Of a DNA stretch of 64,000 nucleotides, positions 14,001 through 27,116 are shown one piece after another (position 1 is the stretch's first letter; every line of letters starts with the position of its first letter). Source of the stretch: Piromyces finnis finn (taxonomy: Eukaryota > Fungi > Neocallimastigomycota); the NCBI GenBank assembly GCA_002104945.1, contig MCFH01000037.1, forward strand, positions 248,001 through 312,000, read 5' to 3'. Under the pieces are notes generated by a model. It worked only from the letters and a program-made list of their open reading frames with translations, had not been told where the DNA came from and ran no database searches. Made by a program: the position numbers and the translations under genes.

Positions 14001-17000
14001 TAATAAAAAAAAAATATGAATGTTAGATTTTTATTTTACCTATTCGTTTAAAAAAAAAGCAAAAATAAAATATAATTATGTATATTAAATAAATACCTTT
14101 AATGTAAATATATTTATCAAAAGAAAAATCTTTAATACTCTCAAGTTTTGAATCCATTTTATTAAAGAAATCAATTAATTTTTCAAGAATAATCGTAACA
14201 ACTTTTTCTTCATTAGCTTCAACTAATGACTTAATTGTTTTTGAACAGTAGAATGATGCTGGTAAAGCTACTAAATTAAATGGAATATATGGTAATGAAT
14301 AAAATTTGATTATAGCATCAAACCCACCATTTTCAATAAATTCGTTGCGATGATAGTTGTTTTGGAAAAGACCATCAAGGAACTACAGTAAATTTTTAAA
14401 AATTATATATTAAATATTATTAATAATTAATTAAAAGTATATATATATTCATACTCTATTCGATATTATATCAATAAAGATATTTATTAAACAAAATATT
14501 ATCATTATTTTTATTCACCTTAAAGCATAATGAAAGTTGTTGAAGATACACTGGGATATTGCTATCATTTTCAGATTTTTGATTTTCATTATCAGGTTTT
14601 ATCTTATTTTTATCTTCTTCAACGTTGTAAAGGAAAATACCAGTAGTATTTTCTAAAGGAGCTGTACTGATTTCATCCATTAATTTATTAATCATTTTTA
14701 CAATAGACTTTATAATATCAAGTTTGATGGCTGGATGATGTCTAATTAATTCATCAATACCATTACCAATTGAATTGACAATATAATTTCCTGTGAAAAC
14801 TCTCATATATTCTTCTGAAGTAAAAATTTCAAAATATTTATCTGCTGGTTTTGCTTCATTAAATTGATTCATACCTACTGAATTTAAACAAACTGCACCA
14901 AATGCTGTTGGAATTTCATTAATTGCCTATTTTTGTTTTCATAGAAATTATATAATATATTTTACATGTATATTTTTTGCCATTTAATACTTATTATATT
15001 ATTTATTTTAGTATATTTTAGTACATATATAATAAAAAATAAAACATACTTCAGCTGAAACTAATACACCCTTATTAACTGTTTCTAAGAATATTTGTGG
15101 CAATTTTGCTTCTTGAAGAATATTTAAACATGTTGGTTCATTATGAATGAATGTCGACATAATTTCAATAGCTAAAATTAAAAAAAATAGCATATAATTA
15201 TGATTAATATTAAAATAAATAAAATTAATTTTGCTACAATTCTGTTTTTATCTTAGCAATTTATAAAATAATGATAATTACTTAATCCATAGACCAAGAT
15301 TCCGAAATTTTTGTAATATTTAAATATACTATACAATGAGGATGCTAAACTAGAATCGATTAAGTTTCTCATCCTATCTGAACTTCCCGAAGTTTGCATT
15401 AAATGTAATATTAATTTTAATGAAGCTCTGAGAAGAACCATACTTTCATGTGGTACTATATCTTTTTCATCTATTCATAGTAACATAAATATAAAAATCA
15501 TTATACTTATAATTAAGTAATATAAAAACAAATTTATTAATTAATATTTACCTCTTGGGAATACTTCTTTACCTGTCTCGGCATCTTGCATATTTTGATC
15601 ATTACATGATTTAGCATTAGAATCTTCAATCAACTTAACGTTATAGTTTACTTCATACTAAATATTTATATATTTATGAATGCAATTTATTAACCATTAA
15701 TATCATATATATCACTTTATAATTGCTTTCCTTAATTATATATATCATTATAGTAATATTTACTTGAATTCTATTAAGAACTTTATCTAAACCATTTTCT
15801 TCTATGAATATTGAGAATACTTGATTTTTGATTAATAAAAAGTTATCCAAAAGAATAATACATTTTGTTAAATTCTTTTTATTGGAAATCAAAAAAAAAA
15901 ATGAAACAAAAAAGAACAGTATATTAGATTAAGTATTTTAATGTTATATATATATATTATTTTTTATGATAATAAAATAAAAAAAAATTACTTTGTATCT
16001 ATCTAATCTCTTATTTTCAAGAGCAAGAAGTAATAAATTGACAGTAACTTGCATTGCTAATGTATTAGTACTACCTTGAAGACTAATAATATATGAAACA
16101 AGTGTAAAAAATATATCAACAAATTCTTGTGGAATTTCCATAACTAATTTTAAATATTAATAAAACATGAATTATATAAATAAAAAATGAATTGTTAACA
16201 AATAAAAAAATAATAGATTTTGTAAATTATATTATTAAAAAGTCAAACAATTTTTTAAATTTACCATCCATATCAAGATTTTTAATAACTTTTCTAAATA
16301 TAAAGGAAAGAATACCATAATTTGTAGATGAATTTATAGCAGCTAATACAAATGTGTTCTTTGATTTATATCTTATAATACCATCAAAAACTGAAAGAAT
16401 AGCAGTTTGAATTCCCTAATAATAATTAAAAAATGTTATATTAAATAAAGTTATTATTTTAGATAATGATATAAAAAAAAATAATATAACACAAATTACA
16501 TATGTCTTTGGATCATCTGATTGAAGAATTTCTGCCATATTAGAAATCAAGTCTGGTTCATAAACAAATACTTTAGCAGTTGCAACATCTTCCTCAATCA
16601 TTTGAACTACAGTGAAAAGGGGTTTTTTATAAATATTTGAATTGAATTATTAATTTGAAATATTTATTTATCAATAGCTAATAAAATAATAATAGATTTA
16701 TCTTTTCTTTTTAATTTCTATGATATTACCATAAATAGAAAGAGCAAAAAGACGAATAGTAATATATTTAAGTCTTTGTTCATAATCTTGGATACTCTTT
16801 AAAAATCTTATTCTATGATAAATTGAGAATTTGTGTTCTGATGGAATATCATACTTATTTAATAAATCTTGGTAAATTTCTTGTGTAGATTTTTCAAATA
16901 ATTGACTTTTATTTAAATTAATAGATATAAGACCATCTATTGAAGCTTTATGTTTTAAAGATGATTTTGAATGTTTAGTAGTTAAGGTTTCAACTTTTTG

Positions 17001-17920
17001 TGTAATATTTTGAACTTGTGCTTGTGCTTGTGCAGCTTGCTTTCCACTTTTATAATAATGGTATGTTAAATTAAAGCATTCATCTGGAAGTTTTGTTTTT
17101 GCATTAAGTAATTGAGAGTAGGTTAAATTGAAATCATTTGAAATCCATGAATGATATAAAGTATAGATTTTGTCAAGTGAAATAGCAATTGCAACTTTTC
17201 TTGAATTATTATTTCCAAGTCTTTGAGCAAATTTGAGCATTAATCTTAAAAGTGCTTCCAAAATATCAATATCATTTGTATTTAATAATAAATTTAAATG
17301 CTAGAAATTTCGAGAAAATATATATATAATAATTAATAAAATATTTAAATTTTACAAAAAAAAAAAAAAATAAAAATATGATATTGATATTTACTTCATA
17401 TGAATTGTATATATTTCTATTAATACAGTTTTCCCATAAATATCTTGTAAAAGTAAGAATAGAAAGTAATAAATTTTTTGTATCTTCATCAAAATTAATT
17501 GTCTGAATATGTTTAAGTTCAAATTTTTGATTAATGGATTCAAGAATTAGGTCAAATCTGTTTAATACACTAATCCAGTGATATAAATCACTCTTCTGAT
17601 TTTTCCATGGTGAATTTTCTTTTATAACTTTATGTAATTCATTTTCAGGGCAATTGGCTAAAGTATCTACTAATTGTTGAATTTTTGTTGGCTAATAAAA
17701 TTTTTTAATATTTTAAATAAAAGATCATGTTTGCATATTATATAATTGTTTTTGTTTTTGTTTTTATAAAAAAAAAAAAAAAAGAAGTTTTATATATTAA
17801 TATTGATGATACATTTGTAATAAAATTTATTGTTAAAAAATAAAAACAGAAGCTATAAATGTATTTTTTAATAATTACCGGATTAATTAATTTTTTTGGT
17901 GGCGACTTTTTAATTTTCAT
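5002..17920 (-). CDS. TOM1: HECT E3 ubiquitin ligase, Tom1/HUWE1 family, multi-exon
   Basis: ATG at 17920 ([14 protein letters not shown]); second exon [19 protein letters not shown] typical of the Tom1/HUWE1 N-terminal armadillo-like region. UBA domain ([15 protein letters not shown]), acidic tract, UBM-like repeats ([19 protein letters not shown]), HECT domain ending LPSAHTC|[33 protein letters not shown] with last exon 5104-5002. One exon of ~7.8 kb (~12970-5190). Confidence 0.95.
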
Positions 17921-19173
17921 TTTCTTTTTTTTTTTTTTTAATTAAAAATAAAATGAAAAATTAAATTTTTTAATAGACTAATTTCTTTTTTTTTTAATTA
18001 AATGAACAATATATTTAATATAATAGATAATTGATATAATATAATAAAAACAAAATAGATATAATGTATAAGAAAACTATTTTAAATATCAGTTAGTATT
18101 AATATTATAAGTATATATATAGATAGATAGATTTCTTTTAAAATATGTTTAATTGTCTTTTGCATTTATGTAATTTTAATTATTTATAAAAATTATACAA
18201 ATTTCATGTTTTTTAATTTAAATTTATTCTTATTTTCAACTTATTAAATATTGTTATAAAATATGCCAATTATAATTTCATTATATTATATTAAATATTA
18301 TATAATATGATCTTTTTATGAAGATAAGACAACAACAAGAATTTATTTTCTTTATTGAAATTGAAACGTTTAATTAAATAAATAATTCCATTTTTATATA
18401 TTTTCTTACTTTATGTTATTTTTCAATACTCAAAAGTTATACAATTATTATTGTTATTACTATGCCTATATTTTTTAAGATAATTTTATTTTTTATTTTT
18501 GAATAATAACTTATAATAATTGATATAACAATTATTTGAAAAAAAAAAAAAAACGATGATAATATGTTTTTTTTTTTTTATTATTTTTTTAAAAAAAAAA
18601 AAAAAATTCTATGTAAAGTTTAATTATATAAATTAAAATAATTTACCACAATAGTTTTATTAAAAAAAAAAATAGAATCAGAAAAAAAAAACATTAATAT
18701 TGCAAATACAAATAATTAATAATTAACTTTTTTAATATAAATAATAATATTTAATTAAAAAATTATAATAGATATTTTCATTAAAAAAAAAATTGTTAAT
18801 ATTAAGAATTATGAATGTATTTTCTTTTTCATTCAATATTACATTAAATTAATAGCAAAATATACTATTAGTAAGATCATTTATAAAAGATATATTCATA
18901 TATTCTATATATATATAGAGAGAGAGAGAGAGAATATATCTTATAATTTATACTAAAATAATAAAAGTGCACATTTATAAAATAGATAAAACTATGTAAT
19001 TATATATATTTTTTTTTTATTTTTAGTTCCTCTTAATTAAATATTTCATAAATGGCATTTATATATCAAATTTAATAATCATTTATAAATAATCTATAGA
19101 TATATATTTGGATAAAATATATAAAATAAAAATTAAAAACGGTGAAAGTGTAATATATTACTATTGCAAATGC

Positions 19174-19315
<142 letters not shown>

Positions 19316-21755
19316 TCAGAATATTTAAAAATATGTTGATAATATATATTTATTGGTAATATTATATATTTCTAATTATTTAATAGTCTATATTTTATAT
19401 TGAATTATGTCTTCTCACGATTTCAAAAAATTATTCTTACCATAAAAATTAAATATAAAATACAAATATATTAAAAATATGATGTCAAATAAAGTCGTTA
19501 TAACTTTTTTTTTATTTTTAGAATGACCATTAAGCAACTGATAATATTTCTTTTTTTTTTCATTACTCATTAATATCTAGTGTGCCTATAGACTAATTTA
19601 ATCCATAAAATAGACTTCTATAAAATATGATATTAACAATATTACTATTAACAATAATTAGGTCTTTTTATTTCCAAAAATTTCGACAACTCTAATAAAA
19701 TCTATTTTTATTTTTACTACGAAAAAACCCATGATATATATCTTGAATTGAAATATGTAATATTTTATTCTAATATAATAATTAAATATTGTATATATAA
19801 TTATTGTATTTTCTTCTTTTTTTCTTGTCCTGGAATAAAATTCTTTTCAACTTTAATAATGCTATTATAAATTAGTATATTAGTTTTTTTTTAAAGAAAT
19901 TTTCTTTCAAAAATGTTTCTGGAATTTTCGATATAAGTTTATACGCCTTTAAATCAAAATTTAGATAAAAGTCTACTTATTATAATAATATTCTTTATCA
20001 TATTTATTTCCATAAGTTTTCTAGTCATTAATAGAAATTATCATCATAAATATGTAATGTTAAAGACTTTATTATTTTTATGTATCATGAATTGAAATGA
20101 AATATATTAGTGTATGTTTTAACATTTCATTTTATTTTATATTCATTTATATTAGATTTAAAATGAATATAAAATTCCGCAAAATTGCCGCATAACTTAT
20201 ATATTAAGTATTTCTTTTAATATAAAAATATAAGTATCATTCCGATACATTACCGCTTACAAATTCAAAAAAATTTAAATTTGTTGCATGATAAAATATT
20301 ATAAAATTTTTAATTTAACCAAAAAGGTAATTTGTATGAAATTACCATTATTACATATATGTGTATTTGCGAACTTTTTGATTTTTAAATAACTTCCACC
20401 TATAAATATATATTTGATAGAAAACTAAATTAACTAAACATTACATTGCGTTTATTACATTGTTGAAACTTCAATTTTTATTTAAGAAAAAGTTAATAAA
20501 TATTGATTTGAAAAGATTTTGAAAATAAATATTATATAAATAATTGTATAATATATATTATAGTATTTGATTTCTTTTAGTTAAAATATATATATATTAA
20601 TATAAATATAATATAATATTTGTTATATCTTTAAAGAAAAGTTAAAGAAAGCAATTGAATATGAAATAATTGAATTAAAATGGAAAAAATAAAATAATAA
20701 AAAAAGAAAAGAAAAACAGTTAAAATTTTTTATTATATTTTTATGTTGTTAATTTCACTAATATTGCTTAAAAAAAAACATTTAATAATAAAATGGCATT
20801 ATGATATCAATTAACAAAGAAATAAAATAAAATAAAAACTTTTGTTTTTGTATATTAATAATCAAAAGTAAAACCCCAATTTTTTATCAAATTTTATATA
20901 AATACTATTTCTCAGAAAAAAAATAAACTTTTAAAATGTTTAATTTTTAAATGAATTTTTTTTTGTTTTTATTATTCATTATAAATAAATTGAAAAGATA
21001 GCTTTTTTCAAAAATATTAATTATATAGTAAATATAACCTAAAAATGTATTAATGTTCTTTTGTAATTGTTGATCAACATAGGATTGTTTAAAATATAAA
21101 ATAATAAAAAATAATACTAATGCATTTATTTTTTTTAAAAACTACTCTAAATACTAAAGTTGAATAAATTTAAAATGATTTATTAGTAAATTGAAACTCA
21201 ATAAATTAGAGCGTTGCTAAATTTCTATTACTAAAGTTGAAGGGATTAAAAATATCTTACTAATATATATGTAGTGTAGAATATTTAATATATTTTTAAT
21301 TAGAGTTTTTATATATGATATACTCTGTATTTTTTGTTTAAACCATTTTTTTTTTTTTTTTTGAAATGTATCGAATGATAAAGATCAATATTATAACCAA
21401 ACCCAAATACTTTTTTAATAAATGTATACATTGATTTTCACATTAATATATTTTTCCTAAAAAATTGATAAATTTAATTAGAAAAAAAAATAATTTGATT
21501 TTATATTAAGTTGTCATTTTTCTGCTAATATATTATTATCAACTTTTTGATGATATATATTAATATTTATAAAAATCATAGAATGACTTTTAGAAATTAA
21601 CTTGAAAACATTTCTAAAATATAAAATTATAAAAATTTTTTTTTTCGTAATAATAACAACAATACAGCGATAATAATAGTAAAAGTAATAATTAAAACAA
21701 CAAAAACAACTATCAATAATAAACCTTAAATTAAAAAAGTATAATATAATAGAAA

Positions 21756-24593
21756 ATGGATTTTAGTACAATAAATCCTTCAAACACAGCACAAAATAAT
21801 GATTCGGAACAACCCGAAACTCTAGAGCAAAAAAGAAATAATGTTATTGAAAAAATAAATAATTTAGAAGATTTGGTTGCATATGTTAAAAAAAAAAAAA
21901 TAAATTTAGAAGAATTAAATGATGAAGAATTTGATATGTTAATATATGCTATTGAACATTCAAATTCAGTTCAATTAGTTAATTATATTCTTACAAATAT
22001 TCACTATGAGACATTGAATTATTCATTTTTTGATAATGGAAAATATAAAAGTTTTTTTGTAAGTGTCATTGATAAACAAATTGAATATAAAGGTTTTAAA
22101 AATCCATTATTCTCAGCTTTAGCTTCTAATAAATTTAAAATTGCAGACTTTTTATTAAAAAGAGAAGCTGATATTAATTATAAAATCAATGGAGGTGAAT
22201 ATAAAGATGTTGACATTATTAATTATTTATATTTTATTAGTGGTTTCAAGGATTTCCTAAATACAAATAATCTCAAATATATTCTAAACAATGGTTTTAA
22301 TATTCGTCAAGTAACTACTGATTTAATTAACAAAATGGTAAATAGAAATTATAGTGATGGATTATTAGAAATCATTTTAAAACATTTTATATATGATGAT
22401 ACTTTCATTATTCGTCTTCTTTCTGTTTATAAAAATCGTGTAGCTTTAACCACGGAACAAATTCAAAATATAATTACTGATGAAAAAAGAAAAATTAATA
22501 TCGATGAAAGTGTCTATGAGAATGCTGATGAACATGAAAATTATGATGCTATAAATATGATTTTGGATTATGACGGTAGTGGAAATGAAAGTATTATTGA
22601 AAAAATAGAGGACTATGAAATATTAGAAAGAGCAATTGAATATGATAATATTAAACTTGTAAAAAAAATATTAAATTATGATTTTGTTGATTTAGACCAA
22701 CTCAATATAGAAAATGCTCTCAGTGAAGCTAGTAAAAATATTAATGTAGAAATGCTAAAATCATTATTAGAAAGTCTTGAACAGCGTAAATCTTCATTTG
22801 ATATACAAAGCATTAATTTTGAAAATATTTTGGCCGAAACCAGTCGTTACCATCATATGCATTATATGAATGAGAATAAAGTTAAACATATTGAAATTAT
22901 GAAATTACTTATTGAAGCTTTATTCCATTTTTCATTGGATCATACAGAAAATTTCGATATTTCTCTTATAAAGGAATTCAATTCAAGTTATTTTAATCTT
23001 ATTATTAATATCATTATAAAAACAGGTCATATCCAATTTATGAAATATCTTTTAGAAAATGAAGAACTAAGAAGTAAAATTGATATTGATGCCAAGGATA
23101 AAAATAAGGATTGTCCTTTAATGACATCTTACAATATTAATAATATGGAAGTTTTTCAATATTTATTAGATTATGGTGCTAATTGTGACATTATAGTAAA
23201 GGAAGATGGTATTTCACTTTTGTCTTTAGCTATTCAAAATAAAAATTATGTAGCAGTAAAATGTTTATTAAAACAAAACGTTATTCCATTAGCCGATAAA
23301 GTCATAGAAGATAGTCCTGAACTTATTAAACTTGTACAACAAAATGAAACCTACTTAGTTCAATCGTTTCTAGATAATGAAGAACATGAACCAAAAAATG
23401 AAAATATAAGAATGACAATGAATAATAAAAATAAAGATTTAAATTTACCAGGTTATGGATTTACACCTTTAATTTTATCATATCTTCTTCATAATCAAGA
23501 AGTTTTTGAACTATTATTACAACATAAAGATATTAATGAATTAGATACCAACGGATATAGTATTTTACATTACGTAATTATGATTGAAGACATCGAAACT
23601 TTAAATTGTTTAATTAAAATGGGTGCTGATCCCAACTATAAGGAAGAAAATAATAAGCGTGGCAATTCAGCCTTAGATATTGCTATCTCGATTAAAAACA
23701 AAGATATTTTCAATATTCTTATTGATTGTCCTCAAATTGAATTAAATTGTCCAGATTGGCGTGGTGAAACTTCTCTTATGACTACAATAAAACTCAATCA
23801 CATTGAATTACAAGAAAAAGTCAATATTATAAAAATTCTTATTGAGAAAGGATCAGATGTTAATTTTATTGATACTAGTAAAAACAATGCACTTATCTAT
23901 GCTGTTAATGAAAAATTACTTCAAGTTGTAGAAATATTAATTGAACATGGTGTTAATATTAATTTTCTTACAGCCTATGGTAATACACCATTAGTATATG
24001 CTGTAGAAAAGAGAAATCTTCCTATTGTAAAACTTTTAGTGAAACACAATGCTAATATCAATTTCCAAATTGAAAATAAAAATAAATCTATTATTATGTA
24101 TGCAATTGAATTAGGGGCTATAGATATAGTAAAATATTTAATAGATATTGGTGTTGATCTTCAATTTTCTAATTTAACAATTTTCTTTGATTTAGTGGAA
24201 TCTATTAATAAAAATGGACAAAAAGAAATATTTGAGTATATTGCCAGGAAACATATTGAATTATTTACTCCTAATATTGTAAATGATATTATTTCCAGGG
24301 ATCGTTTGGATCTTTTAAAGATTTTAGTTCAAAATCAATTAGATATTAATATTCAAGATGAAAATGGTAATATACCGCTGGTGTATGCTATTAAATTTAA
24401 TGAACGTTTTATTTCAAATTATTTGATTGAATGTGGTGCAAATATTTTCAGTATTAATAGTGCAGGTCAATCTATTTATGATATATGTTGTGAATCTCTT
24501 GACGTTAATAATAGTAGTAGTGTTAGTATTCATGCAAAAATTAAAAGATTAATTGAAAAACGTAAAAACTTAAAATTGAATTCATATGAATGA
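21756..24593 (+). CDS. Intronless ankyrin-repeat protein (945 aa) with lineage-type N-terminal module
   Basis: Uninterrupted ORF with many ANK motifs (GNTPLVYAVEKRNLPIVKLLVKHNANIN, GYSILHYVI, GNIPLVYAI). N-terminal ~225 aa is homologous by eye to three repeats in the 31264-39171 protein. Confidence 0.88.
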   Translation: MDFSTINPSNTAQNNDSEQPETLEQKRNNVIEKINNLEDLVAYVKKKKINLEELNDEEFDMLIYAIEHSNSVQLVNYILTNIHYETLNYSFFDNGKYKSFFVSVIDKQIEYKGFKNPLFSALASNKFKIADFLLKREADINYKINGGEYKDVDIINYLYFISGFKDFLNTNNLKYILNNGFNIRQVTTDLINKMVNRNYSDGLLEIILKHFIYDDTFIIRLLSVYKNRVALTTEQIQNIITDEKRKINIDESVYENADEHENYDAINMILDYDGSGNESIIEKIEDYEILERAIEYDNIKLVKKILNYDFVDLDQLNIENALSEASKNINVEMLKSLLESLEQRKSSFDIQSINFENILAETSRYHHMHYMNENKVKHIEIMKLLIEALFHFSLDHTENFDISLIKEFNSSYFNLIINIIIKTGHIQFMKYLLENEELRSKIDIDAKDKNKDCPLMTSYNINNMEVFQYLLDYGANCDIIVKEDGISLLSLAIQNKNYVAVKCLLKQNVIPLADKVIEDSPELIKLVQQNETYLVQSFLDNEEHEPKNENIRMTMNNKNKDLNLPGYGFTPLILSYLLHNQEVFELLLQHKDINELDTNGYSILHYVIMIEDIETLNCLIKMGADPNYKEENNKRGNSALDIAISIKNKDIFNILIDCPQIELNCPDWRGETSLMTTIKLNHIELQEKVNIIKILIEKGSDVNFIDTSKNNALIYAVNEKLLQVVEILIEHGVNINFLTAYGNTPLVYAVEKRNLPIVKLLVKHNANINFQIENKNKSIIMYAIELGAIDIVKYLIDIGVDLQFSNLTIFFDLVESINKNGQKEIFEYIARKHIELFTPNIVNDIISRDRLDLLKILVQNQLDINIQDENGNIPLVYAIKFNERFISNYLIECGANIFSINSAGQSIYDICCESLDVNNSSSVSIHAKIKRLIEKRKNLKLNSYE

Positions 24594-25137
24594 TAAAGTA
24601 ATAACTCAAAATTAATAATAATATGATTATTAAACAATTTTTAATGCAATAGCAATAAATATTATTAATCGATAATAAAATATAAAAGAAAAACTAGTAA
24701 TTTTATATTAAATCATTTTATATGTCAATTATATACACACATATATATATAATATATAAATCTATTGGAAATTCAATAAATAATAAAAATAATAAAGATA
24801 TTACAATTTTTATCATTGCTCATATATACAATTTTATGTTAATGATATATTTCTTTATAGTATTTTTGTAGTCAATTTTTCTATTTATTTTATAATTTTG
24901 TAACTTGTTACAATCGTTAGTGCGGCAAGATATATTATTATTATTTTTTTTTTTTAAATTTTTCTTCTTTTTTTATTTTTTAATATTAAAAAGATATTAA
25001 TATTTATAAAAAAAAACTTTGTAAACATTTTTTATTATTATATAGACTATATTCATATTATCATTAAATAATTAAATATTAAAAACTAATTCATTAGATA
25101 GTAATAATTATTACTAAAATATTACATTCTAAAATTC

Positions 25138-25169
<32 letters not shown>

Positions 25170-25174
25170 AATAT

Positions 25175-26387
25175 TTAAAGAAATAATGATAATAAAATAG
25201 AACAAATAGTGATAAATAAACTATATTGGAGAGTTGAAGCACTAGAATTTTGTGTAACATTATTTGTTGGATTGTTGGTTTCAGTGTTATTAGAAGAACT
25301 GTTATTATTTGAATTGGTTTGGGTATTGATATTTGTTTGAGAATTATTATTGTTATTATTATTTTGAATATCAGTATTAGAATCAGTAGTAGTAGTATTT
25401 GAATTAGAGTTTAAATTTTGAGAACCATTACCCTCAAAAGCGACACTTTGATATGGAGATACACCAATACATTCAGAAAGTGAAACAAAAGTGTATCCAA
25501 GACTTTGTACATATTCAATAACAGCTGGAAGAATAATATTAACAGTGGTTGGATGAACATCATGAAGCAAAGTAATGAAACTGTGAGTTTTTGGGGAAAC
25601 TTTCGGATTAGCAAGTTGTTCATTTAAGGTTTCAATAACCATATCAACATCTTCTTTATATTGCCAATCTCTAGTATCAGTTCCCCACATAATAATACTA
25701 TAGCCACGATCTCCCAAATATTCTTGTATCATTTCTGACATTTCCTTTTTTTGTGGGTCAGTTTCAATGTAACCACCAATACCACTTGGAGGTCTGAAGT
25801 AAGCTGGTCTTACACCAATTATACTTTCAATTAATTCAGTCATGTCATCAACATTTTCTTTTAATGTATTATCTTCAATTGCTGAATATAAATCTTTATG
25901 TCTGTATGTGTGAGATCCGATGTCATGACCTGCAGCATATGTCTTTCTTACAGTTTCAACAGCACTTGGATCTTCTATAAGATTACTCCAATTTATAGCA
26001 TTAATAAAGAAAGTACCTTTAATATTATATTTTTCTAAAACCTCCAAAGCAATTGGGGTAGTTTCTGGGTTTGGACCATCATCAACTGAATTTATAAATA
26101 TAAATAAATTTTTAATATATATTTAATTTATAGTTTTAAATATTTTTTTTTTAAAGTACCTACAAGTTAAAACAAATTGTCCCGGTTTTAAACAAGATGT
26201 ATATACTATTGCCTTTTCAGCAAAAGTAGTTTTTGCTAATTAAGATTTTTATGTGTTTTATTGAAAAATAATTAAAATTTATTTTTAGTATTTAATTTTT
26301 TCTTTTATTGTTTTATTAAATATAAAATTCATTCATACCTAAACATGCTCCTAATACTACAAATGCAAGTTTAATTTTTGAAAACAT
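25175..26387 (-). CDS. Secreted, probably GPI-anchored CE4/NodB polysaccharide (chitin-type) deacetylase
   Basis: Three exons: signal peptide MFSKIKLAFVVLGACL (ATG 26387), then LT|FDDGP across an intron, GSHTYRH, YFRPP, DTRDW, LLHD (CE4 motifs 1-5), an Asn/Thr/Ser-rich linker and a hydrophobic C-terminal tail. Confidence 0.9.
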
Positions 26388-26861
26388 TTTTAATATTATA
26401 GTAAATAATAAAGAATAAAAGATTTTATTTTAAATATATTTATTTTTATTTTTTTTTATTAAAATAATTTGTAGAAATAGAAATATCGTCTATATTTATA
26501 TTTTCCTTTTTTTTTTTTTATAAAGTAAAATAATTTTTGAATAAAAATTTAAAAATTATAGTAATGTGATAATTTCACAAATATTATAATTAATTTTATA
26601 ATTACAATTAAAACATTATTTTTCATAATGTAGTATCATAATATTCTAATAATAGGTTTAATACTAAAACTAATTAATAAAAGATACTTTTAAAAAATTA
26701 TAATTTTAATTATTAAAATTAAATTATTTCATTCTGGTAACTCTTTATCCTAATAATTTATCTTTTTATTATTTTATTGACTTTAAATAATTACAATTTT
26801 TTAAAAATGGATCTTTTAATTCTATAAATAAAAAAATTTATCTTTTGGATTCATTATTTAA

Positions 26862-26904
<43 letters not shown>

Positions 26905-27116
26905 TTAAACAATAAATTGTCAATAATTCTTCGTGTAACAATATTTTCAAGGTTGTTTTTTATTAATAATTAAAATTTTGTTATTAAGAATTATTTTTTT
27001 TTAATATAGTTTAAAATTATTTTTAATTAATAATTTAATATGATTATTAACAATGTTGTTAAGTGATAATAAACATGAAAGCTTTTGATGAAAATAAAAT
27101 ATTAAGTTCATTAGGG

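Noticed and set aside
19820-20060. Short protein-like minus-strand frames
   Set aside because: Fragmented by stops and no recognisable family; could be chance in AT-rich DNA.
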